Shown in pieces: positions 61,633-64,000 of a DNA stretch of 64,000 bases. The notes below the pieces were generated by a model that made no database searches, was not told the DNA's origin, and saw only the letters and a program-made list of their open reading frames with translations. This DNA is from a virus (taxonomy: Duplodnaviria; Heunggongvirae; Uroviricota; Caudoviricetes), in the IMG/VR virus record IMGVR_UViG_3300042891_002054; one strand, written 5' to 3'. Positions within the stretch are counted from its first letter, which is position 1; the number at the start of each line of letters is the position of its first letter. A program made the position numbers and the translations under genes.

Positions 61633-64000
61633 TGGCTATATCTCAGATTAATTATTCAAATACATTTTCACATTGGTTGATTTCAACTAATCAATTGATC
61701 GATAATGTGAATACATTAAATTCAGGCAATTTTTTTAAGAATAATGGTACATTATTTTTAAATTCTCCTGGAACTGCTCTGTATGTTGCGAATACTTCTG
61801 CTTTTAGTGGGAATGTAACATTTAGCGGTAGCGGTTCAGTTTTCGTTAAAATTCAAGTTCCTACTTTAGCAACAAATACTGTTACTATAACTGATCCACT
61901 AAGTTTGGTTGCTTCTGGTAATGTTGCAACTAATGGTTGGATAATTTCTTCTGGGTCAATTAGGTCTAACACTGCGCTATTAACTAATGCAATCTCTATT
62001 TCTAACGGAACTGTTGTTGCTAACAATTTAATAAAATCTAATGAGTTGATTCAAGGTAATAATCTTGTAATTTCTGAATCTATCAGATCAAATAATTATG
62101 CTTGGGCATCAAATACCTTTTCTGAATTTTTAACTGTTAATAATTCAGTAATATTTAATACAGCTAATGCATATGTCAAATACAGCAGTAATGGTCAATT
62201 ATACAAAATAGTATCTACTGAAGATATACTAAACGCTAACACGTTCTTACAAGATTATACCAATAAAGCCAATTCGTTCAACACAACAAGAACTGATAAC
62301 GCTAACACGTTCTTGCAAGATTATACAAATAAAGCCAATTCATTCAACACAACAAGAACCGATAACGCCAACACGTTCTTACAAGATTACACCAATAAAG
62401 CCAACACCTATAATACAACAAGAACTGATAACGCTAACACGTTCTTACAGGATTATACAAATAAAGCCAATTCATTTAATGTAACAAGAACCGATAACGC
62501 TAACACGTTCTTACAGGGTTATACAAATAATGCTAACACGTTCTTGCAAGGTTATGCAGATAGAGCGAACACGTTCAATACAACAAGAACTAATAATGCT
62601 AATACGTTCTTGCAAGGTTATGCAGATAGAGCGAACACGTTCAATACAACAATAACTAATAATGCTAACACGTTCTTGCAAGGTTATGCAGATAGAGCTA
62701 ATACGTTCAACACAACAAGAACCGATAATGCAAATACGTTCTTACAGGGTTATGCAGATAGAGCTAATAATTTTGCTAATCTAGCTCTAATTGCAGCTAA
62801 CACTTTCCTTCAAGCAAATGATGGTATAACTTTATCTCGTGCTAGAGCTTACACCGATTTAGCGAATAATTTTGCTAATCTAGCTCTAATTGGAGCTAAT
62901 ACTTTCCTTCAAGCAAATGATGGTATAACTTTATCTCGCGCTAGAGCTTACACCGATTTAGCCAACACCTATAATACAACAAGAACTAATAATGCAAATA
63001 CTTTCCTTCAAGCAAATGATGGAATCACATTAACCGCTGCTAGATCTTATGCTGATGGTAAATTTTTACCAATTTTTACATCAAATAATGTGGTAAGATT
63101 GCCTAATACTACATTTAACATTTTAGCAGCGCAAGATTTGGTTACTGGTAATCTTAGTGTAACTGGAACATTTATTTCCTATGGTTCTTCTGCAACTGAT
63201 AGTGCATCATATATATTCCAATCAAATACTGGTTCAACCATTTCACCTAGCACAGATATTATTGTTAATCGTGGTATTGGTGAACCAAATACAATTTTAA
63301 ATATCGGTAATACTGCTGTATTAAGATGGTATAATGCTGGTAAAATTTGGCAGATTAAAGATGTAGAAACAAGTACATTCTATCAAGTTATTTCACAAAA
63401 AGAATTAGATATAGCGAATACTTTCCTACAAGCGAATGATGGGATTACATTAACTGCAGCTAGAGCATATACAGATTTAGCGAACAGTTTTAATACATCA
63501 AGAACCAATGCAGCTAATACTTTCCTACAAGCGAATGATGGAATCACATTAACTGCAGCTAGAGCATATACAGATTTAGCGAACAGTTTTAATACATCAA
63601 GAACCAATGCAGCGAATACTTTCCTACAAGCGAATGATGGGATTACATTAACTGCAGCTAGAGCATATACAGATTTAGCGAACAGTTTTAATACATCAAG
63701 AACCAATGCAGCTAATACTTTCCTACAAGCGAATGATGGAATCACATTAACTGCAGCTAGAGCATATACAGATTTAGCGAACAGTTTTAATACATCAAGA
63801 ACCAATGCAGCTAATACTTTCCTACAAGCGAATGATGGAATCACATTAACCGCTGCTAGAAATTATACTGATCTAGCGAACAGTTTTAATACATCAAGAA
63901 CCAATGCAGCTAATACTTTCCTACAAGCGAATGATGGAATCACATTAACCGCTGCTAGAAATTATACTGATCTAGCGAACAGTTTTAATACATCAAGAAC
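61633..64000 (+). CDS. Tail-fibre protein with 22-aa and 33-aa tandem repeats, 3'-partial (GTG start)
   Basis: Open frame from GTG 61633 to the window end, not in the ORF track because it has no stop. It carries about eight 66-nt repeats 'NANTFLQDYTNKANSFNTTRTD' (62228-62760) and six or more 99-nt repeats 'ANTFLQANDGITLTAARAYTDLANSFNTSRTNA' (63410-64000). Confidence 0.65.
62228..62760 (+). repeat. 66-nt in-frame tandem repeat array (about 8 copies) within the fibre gene
   Basis: Unit aacgctaacacgttcttacaagattataccaataaagccaattcgttcaacacaacaagaactgat, with later copies drifting to GYADRANTFNTT. Confidence 0.8.
63410..64000 (+). repeat. 99-nt in-frame tandem repeat array (6 or more copies, continues past window end)
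   Basis: Period 99 nt: 'cgaacagttttaatacatcaagaaccaatgcagc' recurs at 63481, 63580, 63679, 63778, 63877 and 63976. Confidence 0.85.

Noticed and set aside
63383-63844. Minus-strand ORF of 153 aa with internal repeats
   Set aside because: It is the antisense reading of the 99-nt tandem repeats of the + strand fibre gene, and its own periodicity simply mirrors the repeat.
62228-64000. Tandem repeat arrays considered as a possible CRISPR array
   Set aside because: The repeats are in-frame coding repeats of 66 and 99 nt without unique spacers, inside a long ORF. They are not CRISPR.

Overview
This is an AT-rich segment of a T4-like (Tevenvirinae-like) myovirus genome, almost entirely transcribed on the + strand. 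The conserved T4 replication/recombination core is recognisable in T4 order: gp46 (5'-partial), gp45 clamp, gp44/gp62 clamp loader, RegA, gp43 DNA polymerase, UvsX, gp41 helicase and gp61 primase. Accessory cassettes interrupt that core:
(i) an rmlB-rmlA-rmlC dTDP-sugar operon plus a glycosyltransferase, directly after gene 46 and a catalytically degenerate peptide-deformylase homolog;
(ii) a 15-tRNA array (about 5.5-8.3 kb) driven by TTGACT-N17-TATAAT early promoters, carrying an embedded GatB/YqeY-domain gene, a dNMP-kinase-like gene and a non-tRNA structured RNA region;
(iii) a roughly 14 kb glycan-biosynthesis island (19.86-34.1 kb) between genes 41 and rnlA. It holds at least five glycosyltransferases (GT2, GT9-like, GT92/DUF23-like, GT4-like, GT-A), a class I methyltransferase, a cupin, an RmlD-like reductase, a HAD-nucleotidyltransferase fusion, a truncated GDPD-like protein, an E1/ColD-type PMP-dependent sugar 3-dehydrase with a C-X57-C-X-C-X8-C iron-sulfur motif, and an SDR epimerase/dehydratase;
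(iv) an RNA-repair-like cassette (Rnl1-like ligase, HxGH nucleotidyltransferase, P-loop kinase);
(v) a nucleotide-metabolism block (HNH endonuclease, thyX, mazG, SPFH lipoprotein, nrdB then an ATP-cone-less nrdA, a galE-like gene);
(vi) a compact module of class II glutamine amidotransferase, GCS2/amidoligase-like ligase, GNAT and a GIY-YIG+ParB-domain fusion (48.5-53.0 kb), which is the best candidate here for an undescribed base/nucleotide-modification system;
(vii) a convergent intergenic repeat region (53.04-53.33 kb) with a promoter embedded in a hairpin, tandem 12-mers and 38-nt direct repeats, a candidate origin/regulatory element;
(viii) a tail-fibre module with two minus-strand genes, one built of 120-nt tandem repeats. 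It also contains a 1148-aa fibre with a duplicated 'VGIGTTSPTAKLDVAGSV...NLNSDLLDGKH' segment, two paralogous LamG/ConA-like proteins, a mosaic 172-aa fibre fragment, and a 3'-partial fibre gene with 66-nt and 99-nt tandem repeats.
No dCMP hydroxymethylase (gene 42) or beta-glucosyltransferase is present at the T4-syntenic position between genes 43 and uvsX. All coordinates for RNAs, promoters and terminators come from manual reading and are approximate to a few nucleotides.
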